Notes under the pieces: generated by a model
Told to the model about the DNA's origin: nothing
Seen by the model: the letters and a program-made list of their open reading frames with translations, nothing else
The model's database searches: none
DNA from: Tubiluchus corallicola
Taxonomy: Eukaryota > Animalia > Priapulida
Direction of reading: 5' to 3'
Assembly: GCA_030141605.1 (NCBI GenBank)
Contig: JAQGDQ010000250.1
Location: 186,001-250,000 of the forward strand
DNA: 64,000 nt
Position numbers and translations under genes: made by a program
Shown: positions 27,101 to 41,300 of the stretch, piece after piece
How the letters are laid out: the number at the start of each line of letters is the position of its first letter
How positions within the stretch are numbered: the stretch's first letter is position 1

Positions 27101-30100
27101 TAAGTTAGTTGTAGTTAACTAAATACTAAATGCTAAAATACGACAAAGACTAAAAAGCTTAGTTAAAGGAAAAAATAAAAAAGTTCTAGGCAAGAACTTT
27201 TTTCCATGCTAAATAAATAAAAACGAGAGATTACATAATTTCTGGTTTTACATCAGTAAGTATCAATACAATTTCAAAATTAATATAGTTTTACTATTTC
27301 AACATAGAAACTGCAAATGCAGTCAGTCAGTCCAAACTGTCCAATGACAATTATATAAGTAATTTCTTGTAATGAACTTACAGCCGTCAACTCTTTTTCT
27401 AAAGCTGCTATCTGTTCATCTTTCTCCTTCAAAGCTACCTTGAGCGAACTGAGTGATTCGTGATCTCCCACCGGTCGCTCAATGTTTGTACTTCCGCTTA
27501 CTCTGCCCTCCTAAAACAGGGAAAAGACAAATTATTACTCAAAGTACAAGTTGCAACAATGTGAACAACAGAAACAGACTGTAACAATCTGAGGAACAAC
27601 AGAAACAAACTGTAACAATATGAGGAACGACAGAAACAGACTGTAACAATCTGAGGAACAACAGAAACAAACTGTAACAATATGAGGAACAACAGAAACA
27701 GACTGTAACAATCTGAGGAACAACAGAAACAGACTGTAACAATGTGAGGAACAACAGAAACAGACTGTAACAATCTGAGGAACAACAGAAACAGACTGTA
27801 ACAATATGAGGAACAACAGAAACAAACTGTTACAATATGAAGAACAACAGAAACAAACTGTAACAATGTGAGGAACAACAGAAACAAACTGTAACAATGT
27901 GAGGAACAACAGAAACAAACTGTAACAATGTGAAGAACAACAGAAACAAACTGTAACAATGTGAAGAACAACAGAAACAAACTGTAACAATGTGAGGAAC
28001 AACAGAAACAAACTGTAACAATCTGAGGAACAACAGAAACAGACTGTAACAATCTGAGGAACAACAGAAACAGACTGTAACAATCTGAGGAACAACAGAA
28101 ACAGACTGTAACAATCTGAGGAACAACAGAAACAGACTGTAACAATCTGAGGAACAACAGAAACAGACTGTAACAATCTGAGGAACAACAGAAACAGTCT
28201 GTAACAATCTGAGGAACAACAGAAACAGACTAACAATGTAACAGACTGTAACAGACATGGGAAAGTGATCACCAAATAAATGAACAACGGATAACTTGAT
28301 AAAGGAATTTTAACAGGTAATCAAACTAGCAAACCTCAACTCACCCCAAGATGGAGTTTTAGATATCAAACTGTTACGTTTATCACTCAAGAACATATAA
28401 ACCATTAGATTTATTAATTCTGGCTTAACACAGTCCAATATCTTACTAAAGAACAAGACTAAACGATCATAAAAACATTTAACGGTTTAACAGATTACAT
28501 AGCGATCAGTAAGCAGTACAAATGACAAAAAAGTGAGTCTAAAACATCAGTGAGTCTAAAACATCCAACTAAACATAATTATAGATCATATAAATAATCT
28601 ATAATAAATTATATTATTATAGATAGTCTATAATTAAATAATAGATTATATTTGACAGGAATTTATCTTAAGTGTTTTTTAGTGATGCCTCAGAGCTTTC
28701 AGTGGAAAAAACATATGAAGACCAATAACGCATAAATGCAGCAAAGGAGTATTTTAGAAGTTTCCTGTACAGAACATGTTCGTATTGGTAAAAGCTAGCT
28801 GGCCATGAACAAACAGTAACAGTCTCATTTCTCAGACCAACTGTCCAACTTTTTAACTTTTGAACCAAAATCTTGTTTACATATATATGTATATATTTAG
28901 CTACACATCGTCTCTTACATGCTGAGCCCTAATAGTGCGTAGTTCTCTCTCCATTTTGGTGCGTAGTTGTTGCTCGGTTTGTTCACGCTGCTCCGTAATC
29001 TGCTGCAAAGAACTCAGCGCCCTCTGCAACTGCTCGACACGATCGACATACATTTGCTTCTTGCGATTCTGGAAATAAAATGAAAATGGAAAAGTTTCTG
29101 AAAAATGTGTTACTTTAAATATAATAATAATAACAATAACGGTAAAAATAATAATAATAATAATTTACTCTTAAAAATGCACTCCATCAGAAGATCTCAG
29201 TGCTTTTTACATTAGAGTTAAGAGATAAAAACATACAAACAATCATAATGAAGGTAATTAGGGAGTTACAATTTAAAAAGAATATCTATGTATGACATTG
29301 AATAAGAATTCACAGTTACAATTCACAGTGAAAATAGTTAAAACAGTTATAATCTAGAATTAATAGGATTAAAATTGCATGAAAATGAAAAGAGTCATGG
29401 TTAGAAATAATAATGCAGAACTTAAAATTATTTTACTAAAATGTTTTGAACACAAATCAATGAAACAAGCATAGCCTAACACGAGTCCGCAAAATGTTCT
29501 AGAACCAACTGTTCACACCTTTTTTGAAGGAAATTACAGAATTTAAAAAACGAATCCCTTTCCGTAGAGCATTCCAGAGTTTCGGACGTAAATATATACT
29601 ATACTCCTCCATATTTTACCATATAGTAGCAACATACTGAACAAGAAAAACTACTGTTTGCTTAACCAGCAAAAAATAACGAAAAATTAATCACTTTTCT
29701 TGGCTTCCAACCCTACTATCTTTATACAAACATCAAAATGAAGAAAAAAATTTAAAGGTCTTTATGATAACATACAATTTTTAACCACTAAAAAAGATAA
29801 ATTCATAAACTCAAAGTGAATGTGATAAACTGTCATATAGTATTAAAAACAACCACTTCTAAATCGCATTTGCTATAACTTCTGGAAATAAAGTGCGTAA
29901 TAAAAAGTACCGCAAAAATTCAATAAATTCTAATAACATCAAAAATGTAAGCACAAGAAGTAACTAGTACAATAATAAGCAAAACGATAATTATTAAGTG
30001 GTACATCTGCACTGCTTATAGCCATTTCACTTGTTCTATAAACAAAATGTATCAAATCTTTAATTTCATTAACTTTTTTCCAGAAAGTTGTAGCAACTGC

Positions 30101-33100
30101 TATCACAAAATAGCAACAAAAATACATTACAAATTCCTGATTGTATGATTTATATCTCTGCACGCTAAGCTTGTTCAAGTAAATTCAACTTTTTTTAAAC
30201 ATATTTATATATTTTAAACATATTTACAAACATTGAAAACTGGCAGCAAGAACAAGCATTAACCAAATTTTAGTGTGAATTACAGGAATTACAGGAATCA
30301 CACAATCATGTGCAACCCATCATTACAAACATACTTCTTCTTCTAATCGTGCCACGTTAGTCTGTGTGTTGTTTAAAGCAGAGTCCAGAATGTCAATGTG
30401 AGTTCTTTGTTCGGACAGCGTTGCACGTTGAGCTGCCAATTCTATCTCCTGGCGTTCTTTTGTTGCCATCAGCTCTTTGTCTGAAATAAATCGTATATAT
30501 TAATTTCGCTGGTATAGATATATATATATAAGATTCGAAGCTACAGCTCCGATGACGGCACCATTTGTGGCGATCTATATGTCAAACGAACGGTCTCGAT
30601 CTAGTGTCGTGCCATTGATGGTTTATTTTTCGAATCGGCCCCACCGGGAGGAAGGGGGGGGCGGCGAAAAACCTCAAAAAATAGCCATTTTTCGGCCATT
30701 TTTTTTGCAAAACTTATACCTCTTATTTCTGAAGAACGGGAATAGGCCATGGGTGGTGCTGGCTATGGATAGATAGCCCGTTCAGCGGTGGGTGTAGTAG
30801 GCGTATTTAGAAACAACAATTAATATTCCACCAAGTGATAAACACAGACAGCTGAACTAGAGACCAATGATAATTTTTAGCACACTGATAATGTAGCAAA
30901 GGAAAAAACTGTTTGGATAAATGCAGTTGCACTTCGAAGACACGAAAATACAAAAATTCAGTTGGTTATGCAAACTCTTAAATGGAGATTAATAACCAAG
31001 TGGTTAAACTAAATTGAAGGACAACATAAAAAAAAGAGAAAATTAAATAGCAATGCAAAGATAAAAATAAACTAAAAACAATTGCAAAACAAATTAAAAG
31101 AAAAGCTTATTTAAATCATCCACTATGAAGTCATTAACTTCAAACTTTACAAGGAATAAACTGCAAAAGAAGCAGATTTCGGTATGACCGACCCCATAAA
31201 TAAAAATTAAGGAACACGCCAAGCACAGGAACGTTACAAAGCAGCAAACATGTCATTTCTTTACCACAGCAGGAATGTGACAACCACTAGCAACACTATA
31301 CTTTTGCCGCACCCTTGTGAAATAATCCAGTGGGGTGCCCCATCCTTCAAAGGTACCATTTTGCAGCAAACTGCCGCACTGTGCCTTTTAAAATCAGTTG
31401 TAAAATTGTCTCAACTTAGCTTTAATTTTTTCAGTGATTCCATGTTACCAAGTATTTAGTAAACATTTATCATGCATTACTTTAACACCCTTGAAAGTTC
31501 TTATTCACGTCCAAGGATTTCTGGAACCCCATCCACCACAAATGAGCGACCTGTTGGTGAGAAGTTACCCCGGATAAAAAGACAGAATCCAGTACCGTAT
31601 TCTCCAGTTTCAAGCACTTATGTAGGGCAGGTACGTAGTTTCTGTTACTAAATCATTACAATCGTAGTACAGTAGGATTCAAGAAATTTTTTGCCGTTCA
31701 TTTATAATCATGCACCCAGCACTGGATACAATCTTTTAGTATAATTAAAGTCGCACGGCCAATGCTTGAATAGAGGGATGCAGGGGCAGACAGCATGTAC
31801 ATTGTTAAAAAAATAAATGCAAACGTTTTCCCATATCACATAAGAAGTACAAAACTGAGCACGAATTGAGTACGCAATAAGACTGTATAGCAATCACATT
31901 TGTTACAACATGTGGGCTCAAATTTTTACCATGTTTGCTGACAGTGTGCCTGGTTGACACTTTACAATTCGGGCACTGGACATGTCTCAAGTGAAAATAG
32001 TTGCCTAATGAAACAGTTAAATCTGATTCGGTAACATATATTGCGATGCCACTGTTTCCCAGCTGAATGTTGTATGAACGCATTACTGCCCTATACTTTT
32101 AGATCAAAAAATAAAAATGAAATACTTAATTTGGATTTCATTTTGTATGCTTACTTTGCGTAATAAGTTGAGCAATAATCGTGTCTCTTTTACTCAGTTC
32201 CTTCCGCAGTTCAGAGTCGTCAATTTCGTGCGCTTGCCTCTTCGACAACTGAGCGGTAGCCACATCTAATTGATCTAGAAATTGAAAATTCATACCATAA
32301 GAATGATAATAACACAAAGAAAATACAGATTTTGTGTGTAGTTAAATGTTGCAAAAACATTTTCACTAAACATTTTCCATCAAAGTGTGTCAAAGTAACC
32401 TTATATGAAAACATAGAATTGGTTTATATGAAGTACAAATATGGCAAGTTATACTTAGTCAAGCTAATCTGGTAGACATGTATGGTTCACTAGTAATAAC
32501 TGTGTTTCCATGCTAATAACTTTAGCCCATGCTAAAGGCGCTATAAGATATTCCGATGAAGATTAACATGACTACAGAATGAGAAATCTGCCATCGACAT
32601 TGGATAGTAAACAGCACATTATCGATTATTCCTTGAATGTCCAATGTTCAAGGAATGTAACATTAAAACAAGAAATGTAAGTTTCTTACACACTGAATGT
32701 TCAATCATGTAAGAAAAACACAATTTTAATTCTCAAATTCAAATTTAGGTCCATGTTTAAATTTTAACAAACCGTTTACTTGTTAAATTATAACAGTTTC
32801 TCAACGATTGTATTAGGCCTATACAGCTCAATTATATAATTAAATGCACATACAAAAAATATAAATTATACGTATGTAAGCAAGCTATACTTTTGCATAT
32901 ATTAAAAGAAAGGACAAGTCACTACCATGATGGGATTATTTTGCTGTTATCACTTAAACTTACAAAAATATAATTAAGAAATTTGCAAAAAACTGTGTAT
33001 AAAGCATAATACTAATTTATACTATTGCTGTATAGAAATGTTCAGGTGCTGTGGTAGCTGCCATTCACTCAAAATCATGATGTAACTGGTGGACCTCGTA

Positions 33101-35263
33101 ACTTTTCGTAAGCGCACGCTACTTTTAAGCTAATTCAAACTCTTGTAGCTTGCCTAATCTTCATGCAAAAATATCACAAAATTTGCTTTCAAGTTTTTTG
33201 TAAAAACTTATTATACATTTGATGGAAATTCACAGTATGCTGCCTTTCTTCAGCTAACGAACCATGTCATTGGTGCAATATACAAGTTCAATATGGAAGA
33301 GCTCGAGTATGAAATCATTGCCACTTTAAAGTGATGTCAAAATTACACAATGCTCTTATCACACTTCTATTACTTATTACTAAATGCTTTTATCATTTTT
33401 TGCAAACATTTAAATAAGCCTAACTTTTCAGAAGCATTGCCTTTCCTTTAATAACTGTTGCCAGTATCTAAGCTGCTACCAGCTAATATCAAAATAAACT
33501 AAAAAAGAATTAAAATCACCCAAGTACCTTTCAATTCCATATTCCTTTGCTTCAGTCGTCTAATTTCTGCCTCCAGCTTTAATCGGACAGTCTTCTCTAA
33601 CATCTCTCTCTTTTCTGATGAGCGTACCAAAGCTTCGTGACCCTCGTGGAGTCGCTGTATTTCTAATTCAAACTGCAAAGTACAGCAATGATAAGATTTC
33701 AAAACGCTCTGCCCTCAGATGAAATTAACCAACCCGCAAAAGAAATGTAACTGTAGGTATCTATAGATTATTACAATGGTGTCAACGGTACTAAAAACTG
33801 TACCATAGAAATAGTTTCTAAACTTTATATGGATCACCTGAATAAGTGACCATTCTACTATTTTCATGTGAAGTTGACGAACTTATGTTAATTTAAGTGC
33901 AGGAATGTTAGTTTTAGGTCACTTAAGACAGGCTACTTATCAAGTTTAAAAGGCAGTCTCCAAACTACCTGATAGCTTAAAAAAGCAACAATTGACAACT
34001 AGAGAGTATTCAGTTTATGAAAAATTTTCCCAACGTAAATCTCATGCAGTAATTACTACTAACATAATAACTTTGAATCCTTCCGCACCTTTTAAAGTTT
34101 GGTCATTTTACGATAATAGTGCTCAAACTCGCACCTTCACCTTTTGAAGTCTGGTCACTTTGTGATAACAGTGCTCAATCTTGCACCCTCACTTTTTAAA
34201 GTTTGGTCATTTTGTAATAATAATGCTCAATCTCACACCCTCAGTTTTTGAAGTTTGGTTATTTTGCGAAGTAGTGCTCAAACTCGCAACCCTTGCCTTT
34301 TGAAGTTTGGTCATTTTACGATAATAGTGCTCCATCTCACACCCTCACTTTTTGAAGTTTGGACATTTTACGATAATAGTACTCAATCTCACACCCTCAG
34401 TTTATGAAGTTTAGTTATTTTGCGAAGTAGTGCTCAAGCTCGCACCCTCACCTTTTGAAGTTTGGTTATTTTACGATAATAGTGCTCAAACTCGCACCTT
34501 CACCTTTTAAAGTTTGGCCTTTTTTCGATAATAGTACTCAAACTTGCACCTTCACCTTTTGAAGTTTGGTTATTTTGCGAAGTAGTGCTCAAACTCGCAC
34601 CCTCACCTTTTGAAATTTGGCCATTTTACGATAATAGTGCTCAATCTCACACCCTCGCTTTTTGAAGTTTGGACATTTTACGATAATAGTACTCAATCTC
34701 TCACCCTCACCTTTTGAAGTTTGGTCACTTTGCGATAGTAGTGCTCGATCTCATGCCTCAAGGAGGCATTTTCTTCCGACAACAAGTCCAACATTTTGCT
34801 CGCACGCTCTGCAAGGGCTTCTGCATTCTGCTTGGAGCCAAGTCTGCTGGATGATGATTTATCAGGGGTGACCGCTTGCCTACAATAAAACATCAAAGTT
34901 ATTTAAAGCAAAAAAAGACTAAAGATGCAATTTCACATTCAATCCTAAATTATATTATACATATGGAATATGACAACTAAAGAAAAGCTTTTACATTTCT
35001 AACAATACATTATTTTAATGTATTTACTCAGATTTAATTGTTTAGTCTTCAAGAACTAAGCACTTCAAAATAAGTGGGTCTCCTTCAAATAAATCTACAT
35101 CAAGTGTTTCTAACTATATGTTGCACTAGAAAAAAGAGCAAAGAACATTTGACATCTCCTCCCTGAACATAAACATAGCTGACAAAAGTTTATTACAATG
35201 CCAAACTGCAAAGATACACTCCAATCTACTGTAACAGTTGTTGTAATATAATGGTGGTGGTGG

Positions 35264-35307
<44 letters not shown>

Positions 35308-38300
35308 ATAATAAAGTATTTGCTTTTTCAATAATTTTTTTCAAATGCACTGCACAATTAAAATAATTTAGATAGAAGTACTAAAACCATATAATAGAAT
35401 TAGACATATCTATAAATCACAAAACTTTGCAAACACTCACCACTTACATATTAAAAACACGAGTTTTTAGTTTCCTTTTAAAAGAATTTAAATTTGTTCA
35501 TTTTCTAATTTCATTTGGCAGCTCATTCGAACATTTTGGCGCAATGCTTGAAAATTCAAATCAGCAAAGACTTTCTTTCTGTTAAAACGTACAAGTTCTA
35601 ATTCATTTGCTTTGCTAACTCGTATGCTCCTGTTATAAACACGAAACTGTAGACGATTACCCAAGTAAGCTGTAGCCAATCCATGCAATTCAATTCAATT
35701 GTAATGCTTTGCAAGTTAAAACTAATATTCTTAAATGTACACGACATCTGGCTCATAGCCAAAGATGAAAATGCAAAACACAAAGTAATGACACACTTCA
35801 GGTTTGATTGCCTATTATAGAGAAAAGCTTTAACATTTTGTTTTGCTTGACGTGTTTGAGCCATTAAACCAGACCTATAGGGACACCAAAAGGACTTTGA
35901 ATGTTTTTGCAGTTACAGAAAAAAGGAAGTAGAAAAGACAACTATAAAGGAAAAAAATTTCTCAAATTAATGAAACTCCAAATATATTCCTTGTTATGAC
36001 CAAATTATTTGACATTGCTACTAGTCCATTCCCAATGTCCATGTCAAGCACAAGAAAACTCAATGTTTCACCCAGACTTGATTACTGCATTCAAATAGTA
36101 TCACTTTTTACAACATCTTCAGTTGGATTACGCAAATAAGGGGTAAGCACATTGTCCTCATGCTGTCCCACCAGGTAAATCACAAATAGACTAACCAGTC
36201 ATGAGTGACATTTACATAATCTACATATATCATATCCTGTTTAATCCCAGGAAAGAGTGGCTAATACGGAAAGCCTGCAGGAAGTCTAAACTATGCTGAA
36301 CAGGATAAAGTGGCAAAAATACATTCAGAAGACACCAATGGTGACTAAGGAGTAAGTCGTACACAGAAGTGATGCCTGCAGAACATTGTACATGTTGCTG
36401 ACCAAGAGTTGGTCGTGAGTACTGTTCAATGTACAGGTGAAAACTGCACTGTAGAATAAAAAAGTGGTCTCATCTAAAAGTGAATCCACATTGGATACTA
36501 GTTTATTTTGTGTAGGTCTGTATTGTACATACAATCATTCTACCTGTTTGTGTTCCAAATCTAATGAAATAAATTCATAAATTTTTGGTGATAGATGTGG
36601 AATTGTGAATGGAATAGACCCAGCACTTAGAGGACTCAAAGTGACATACGCCTCACCAGCATGTTGTGGGACATAGCTGCAACTACCTCGATTGCAAAAA
36701 TAGGAAATTAGAGACTTAAAATGAAATAAAAATTGTATGTAATTGTTATTGCAAGTAAAATACAAAAGTAATAAAAGGTATGAAATGTATAGCCTAACAG
36801 TGAATTTGTGAATGATAGGTTAAACGCTATCATGCATTTATCACGAATAGTTATGATAGGGTAAGATCGTCACATAAGCATATTTATATCAATTTCTATG
36901 GCAGATGGTCAAACTGATCGAATTTTTTTACTACAACTAATTTTTATGCAAAAATAAACTTGGACATTGATTATAGCTTAATTCAGTGCATTAGATAACT
37001 TGCGAGATATCAGTAATGTAAACATGGTAGCTGACATGATTTGTTTAATTTAGAATGAGGTTGTCGCGGATGGACCATGGACAGACGTTTGTGATTGTGA
37101 TGGTATATGCACTATTTTCAGGTAGAGCATCGTGCTATTTTACTTGTAAAACTTTTTAATACAGTTGACATGTGCTTTATAAACTGTGCTCTTCTAATTA
37201 CTTTGTTTGCACTTGCCAGTTGTCATACAATAATATAAAAGTTGATGACAAACTTGACAGCTAAAAAACCTAGCTTTCCTAAAAAACAACTTTCCAAACA
37301 AAGTTGTATTAATTAGCATTATGCTTACCTGCCTGAAAGACTTATGAAACAAGAAAAGAAAATTCTTAATAATTTAAGTGTTCGCATCAACTGTTAAAAC
37401 GTCACTGACTCACCTTCCCAGTGTGCACCACTGAGTTATTTTTAATCTTATTGACAAGATAGAGTACGCTACGCATGTTCTGATTATCTCCTAAAACTCT
37501 ATTCAATTTTATCTAAACTTGTTTCAAATGACTTACCGGCAAAATGGCTGCGCCTCACTTAAAATTTTCAAGTTTTAAGCAGCGTTACTGCTAATACTAG
37601 CTCTGTGTGCAATAAGGCAGTATGTAAGTGATCTTGTGCTTTAACAAGAAATCAATGGTGCAAGTACACTTAATTTTACCATCTTTCAGCTTGTATATCC
37701 AAAAGCAATGCAGCAGAATGCCACAACGAAATATCCTGCGATGAAGGATGGATTATATTAGTAAAGCGAGCCGTCTATGCACCAGTACTGCATGATGGCA
37801 ATGTGTGTGGTACAATAAGTCGTGAAATTGTAAATGGTGCAACTATGGATGTGACAAGACAGTGGGCAAATCGATGCACTGGCCGACAAACTTGCACTCA
37901 GTTTAATAATAATCACACGCAACCACTAGCAGTTCAACTAGATGTCATATGTATAGAAGGTAACGCATCATTTGCACATAATCAGATAGCCATTTGTTTA
38001 ATATTAATCAAATATCTCATGACCATGGGGTTGCAAATTCTCATTTTGTATAGGATGGAATATAGGAGTCCATGACCTGATACATGGCAACACCATATCT
38101 ATTTAAAACAAACATGTGACAGCATTTAGCTTGCCTTCCATAAATTTAATATTAGGCTATAGATTCAGTATGTCCATTGTTCGTAACGGCAATGTTTACG
38201 TAATTTCATCAATTGACATGTTTTTGCATACATTAGAAACAGCAAAGTCTTAGGTTAACACAGAAAACACTCAAAAAGCCTCTCTCCGGTAAGACAAACA

Positions 38301-41300
38301 ATTTCCAAAAACTTGCGTATGGTTTTGACAATTTATTTTCACCTACTTTTCGCATTTCCAGTAATTTTTATACAGAACTCGTAATAATTCAATAGACTTT
38401 TGTTTAATAAACTCTTATATTTTACAACTGCTTGCAGACACTAAAAGGCATAAAAACAATTATTTTATGATTTTATATTGCAGCTATTTCCATTCAAGAC
38501 TTATGTGAAACGCCAGCTGGGAGAAACTACCACTACGTATCGTCTCCTAGTTTGCTAAATAAACAAACGAATCATACAAAATGTAGCATCAACATCACTC
38601 CCAAAAGCGATGCAATTGTGACAATTTATATTGAGTACTTAAACTTTGGTGCCTTTGGAGAAAAAACAGTGACTATTGCTAATGACGCAAAGCAGGTAAC
38701 ACTAGGTGGAAGGACGCACACTGTGTTGCCATCAACAAACAGAGTTCTAACAGGTGAATTTGGAACACCTGTTAATGTCAAATTAGAGAGAACAGCGAGA
38801 GCTGAGCAAACAGCAGGATTCTTGGCCTCTTTTACGGGTAAGATGCTGCAAGAATGTATAAATATATATGTACGTAAAGCATCGTAGAACCTGCATGTAA
38901 ACTGTAGGGAATTTCACAAAGTATCTTGTTGGCCACATTACCATGGTCACTCACCTGTGCATATCTGTCTCTACCTGGGCAAGCGAGTTAGTTGGTAGAC
39001 GTTCACAGGCTTCTTTAAAAGCAGTTTTTCACAGTATGACAGTGATATAATTTGTCAGATATATCGGTAAATACTAGATTTGCTTTATGGAGACATATGA
39101 TGTAAGTAAATACATCATTTTTATATTATTTTGAATCATTATGAACTGATCACTTTGAATATTTTAGTTTAATGAATGACAATCTTATCAATTTGATAGA
39201 ACGTCGTATAAATTAGTAAATTACCAAATTAGGTTTATTTACAGCATGATTTTGTGTTTAGTAAAGTTTAGAACTGCAGAATTAATTATGCAAAAATAGG
39301 CAAATCATTACAGATTATAAATAAGTTTATTAGACTGATTGAGTGCAGTTAATTTGTCGTTTTAACTTAATATAAAGTGGATTAATTTGACTATCGAACT
39401 ATACTTATTGCAGCCTTCAGTTAAATGCAAATTTGTAAAATGGCCTTTTTATTTTTTAATAGAACTGACGTATAAAACACTACAAATATTGAGTTGGATT
39501 ATGGCAGCCATTGAATGTAGACATAAATATTTATCTACGTCTGATTTGTGAACAAATGTTTCCATTTCAGAGGGGGCAGTTTACAAATGTGAAGCCAGTC
39601 CAACAAGCCAATCACCAATAAAGGAGATAGAAGCACAACACGGACACTTGCAGTCGCCTGACTACCCAAACTATGGCTCAAGGACCATGGAGGAAAACTA
39701 CAGCTGCAACTGGACAATAACAGTAAATGCTGCTCAGACAATTGAACTTTATTTTAACGTTTTTGAACTTGACGGCAGCAAAAATGCAGACGAATGCTTG
39801 GACTTTGTCCAGATAACAGAAAAAAGGTACAATGCTTTATTTTCTTGTAAATATTACATACCAGTAACAAATATAATACTAACTTTTCACATACTTACGC
39901 GGATACATTTATTTTATTAACTAATGATAAATTGATGAACTACTTTAAATTCAAACTACAAATTATTTGAAACCATTTTTGCATGTAATATGAAGTCATT
40001 TGCATAGGTTACTTGAAACGTAAATATATAAAAAAGTCACTAATTGCCTTAAATATCCTCCAATGAAATAAGATCAAGAATTTTTGTGAACTGATAATGC
40101 TGGCATACAGGTATGCATACATGGAAATCTTTTTTCTGATACAGTACAGATCAAACAAGTCAAATATATAAAGACTGCGGGCAGCAGAATGGTCACACCA
40201 TTCAGTCCACATCCAACAAGGTAACTGTAGTGCTCAAAAGTCGGAGATCCAGTAACACAGCAATATGGATTATTTACAGAGGTACAAATCACACGATCAG
40301 TTTTAAAACGCTTCTATCTGAAAGTCTGGTAAATGTAGCCTTGAAACCAATGGGCTATAGTGATCTACTAGTTAGAATAATGTGCTTGTACACATGCCAG
40401 AAAAACCTTAGTTCAAATCCAGAGTCAGCTTTCACTTTTTTAGGTTTCCTGCTTTCAAAAATTCAATAGTTGGGTCCATCATTAACTGATACGTGTAGTT
40501 GAAATTCAAAAATGTTGTTGGATTAAAAATCATTATGAAGCAACCATTTTTTAAACAATGACAGAATTCCTTCTTTTAGCATGGCCACCAGAGCATGCCT
40601 TACAAGTATTAGAAGACAGCACTACACAGTCCTTCTCACCCATCATGGCTCCCGGTGAGATTCGTCCAGGCTGGACAACTGTCACACCACCACTAGATGT
40701 GGAAACAACGACATCATCTTGGGTGAACCAGTTACTAAATCCAAATGGTAATGATACTGTATGTTTATTTACTCCTCCTTGTTTCTTTTCTGAGGCTTAT
40801 GTGGGGTTTCGAAAAATGTGGTTTGTCAGTTTCGGATCAAAATCACTGTAGATATATACCACATAATCTTGGCAGATATAGCAAGAGTGTACAGACTACA
40901 ATAACCATTTTAAACATAGATTAATATGCACAATTAATTTGTATGATAGGTTACACATGCCGTATCTATGTTTCTGTTATGCATACAGGATAAAAACTAG
41001 CTATAACTTTTCAACTGAGTAATGCTTTTTAAAAGCTTTACTTTGTTTTTTTAGGTACCTTTGTGCCAGACATGTGCGAGTTACCAGTTCTTGTTATTGC
41101 AGTTAGCAGTGCAATGGGTGCTTTTATACTATCAACATTTATTTGTTGTCTTTGTTGTAGGTAATGTATTCAGTTTTTGACTTACAAAATCTACTGAGTT
41201 AAAAATACTGCACTGTAGACCTAGGTCTACTCAGGAGAAACATCTGCCCCTATAAACAAACAATTGTCAGTGGAAAATGAGCACCTAAACATTTTTATTT

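Noticed and set aside
27498-28287. 219-aa and 250-aa Cys/hydrophobic ORFs; superficially CRISPR-like periodicity
   Set aside because: These are translations of the 31-bp minisatellite. Units abut with no unique spacers, the context is a eukaryotic intron, and there are no cas genes.
31500-32090. Possible Helitron or hAT coding remnant (HPSIQALAVRL on the minus strand)
   Set aside because: A single short motif among many stops; not enough to call.
34083-34700. CRISPR array or Dscam-like mutually exclusive exon cluster
   Set aside because: There are no unique spacers; the copies have no own acceptors or intervening introns, and 52 nt is not frame-preserving.
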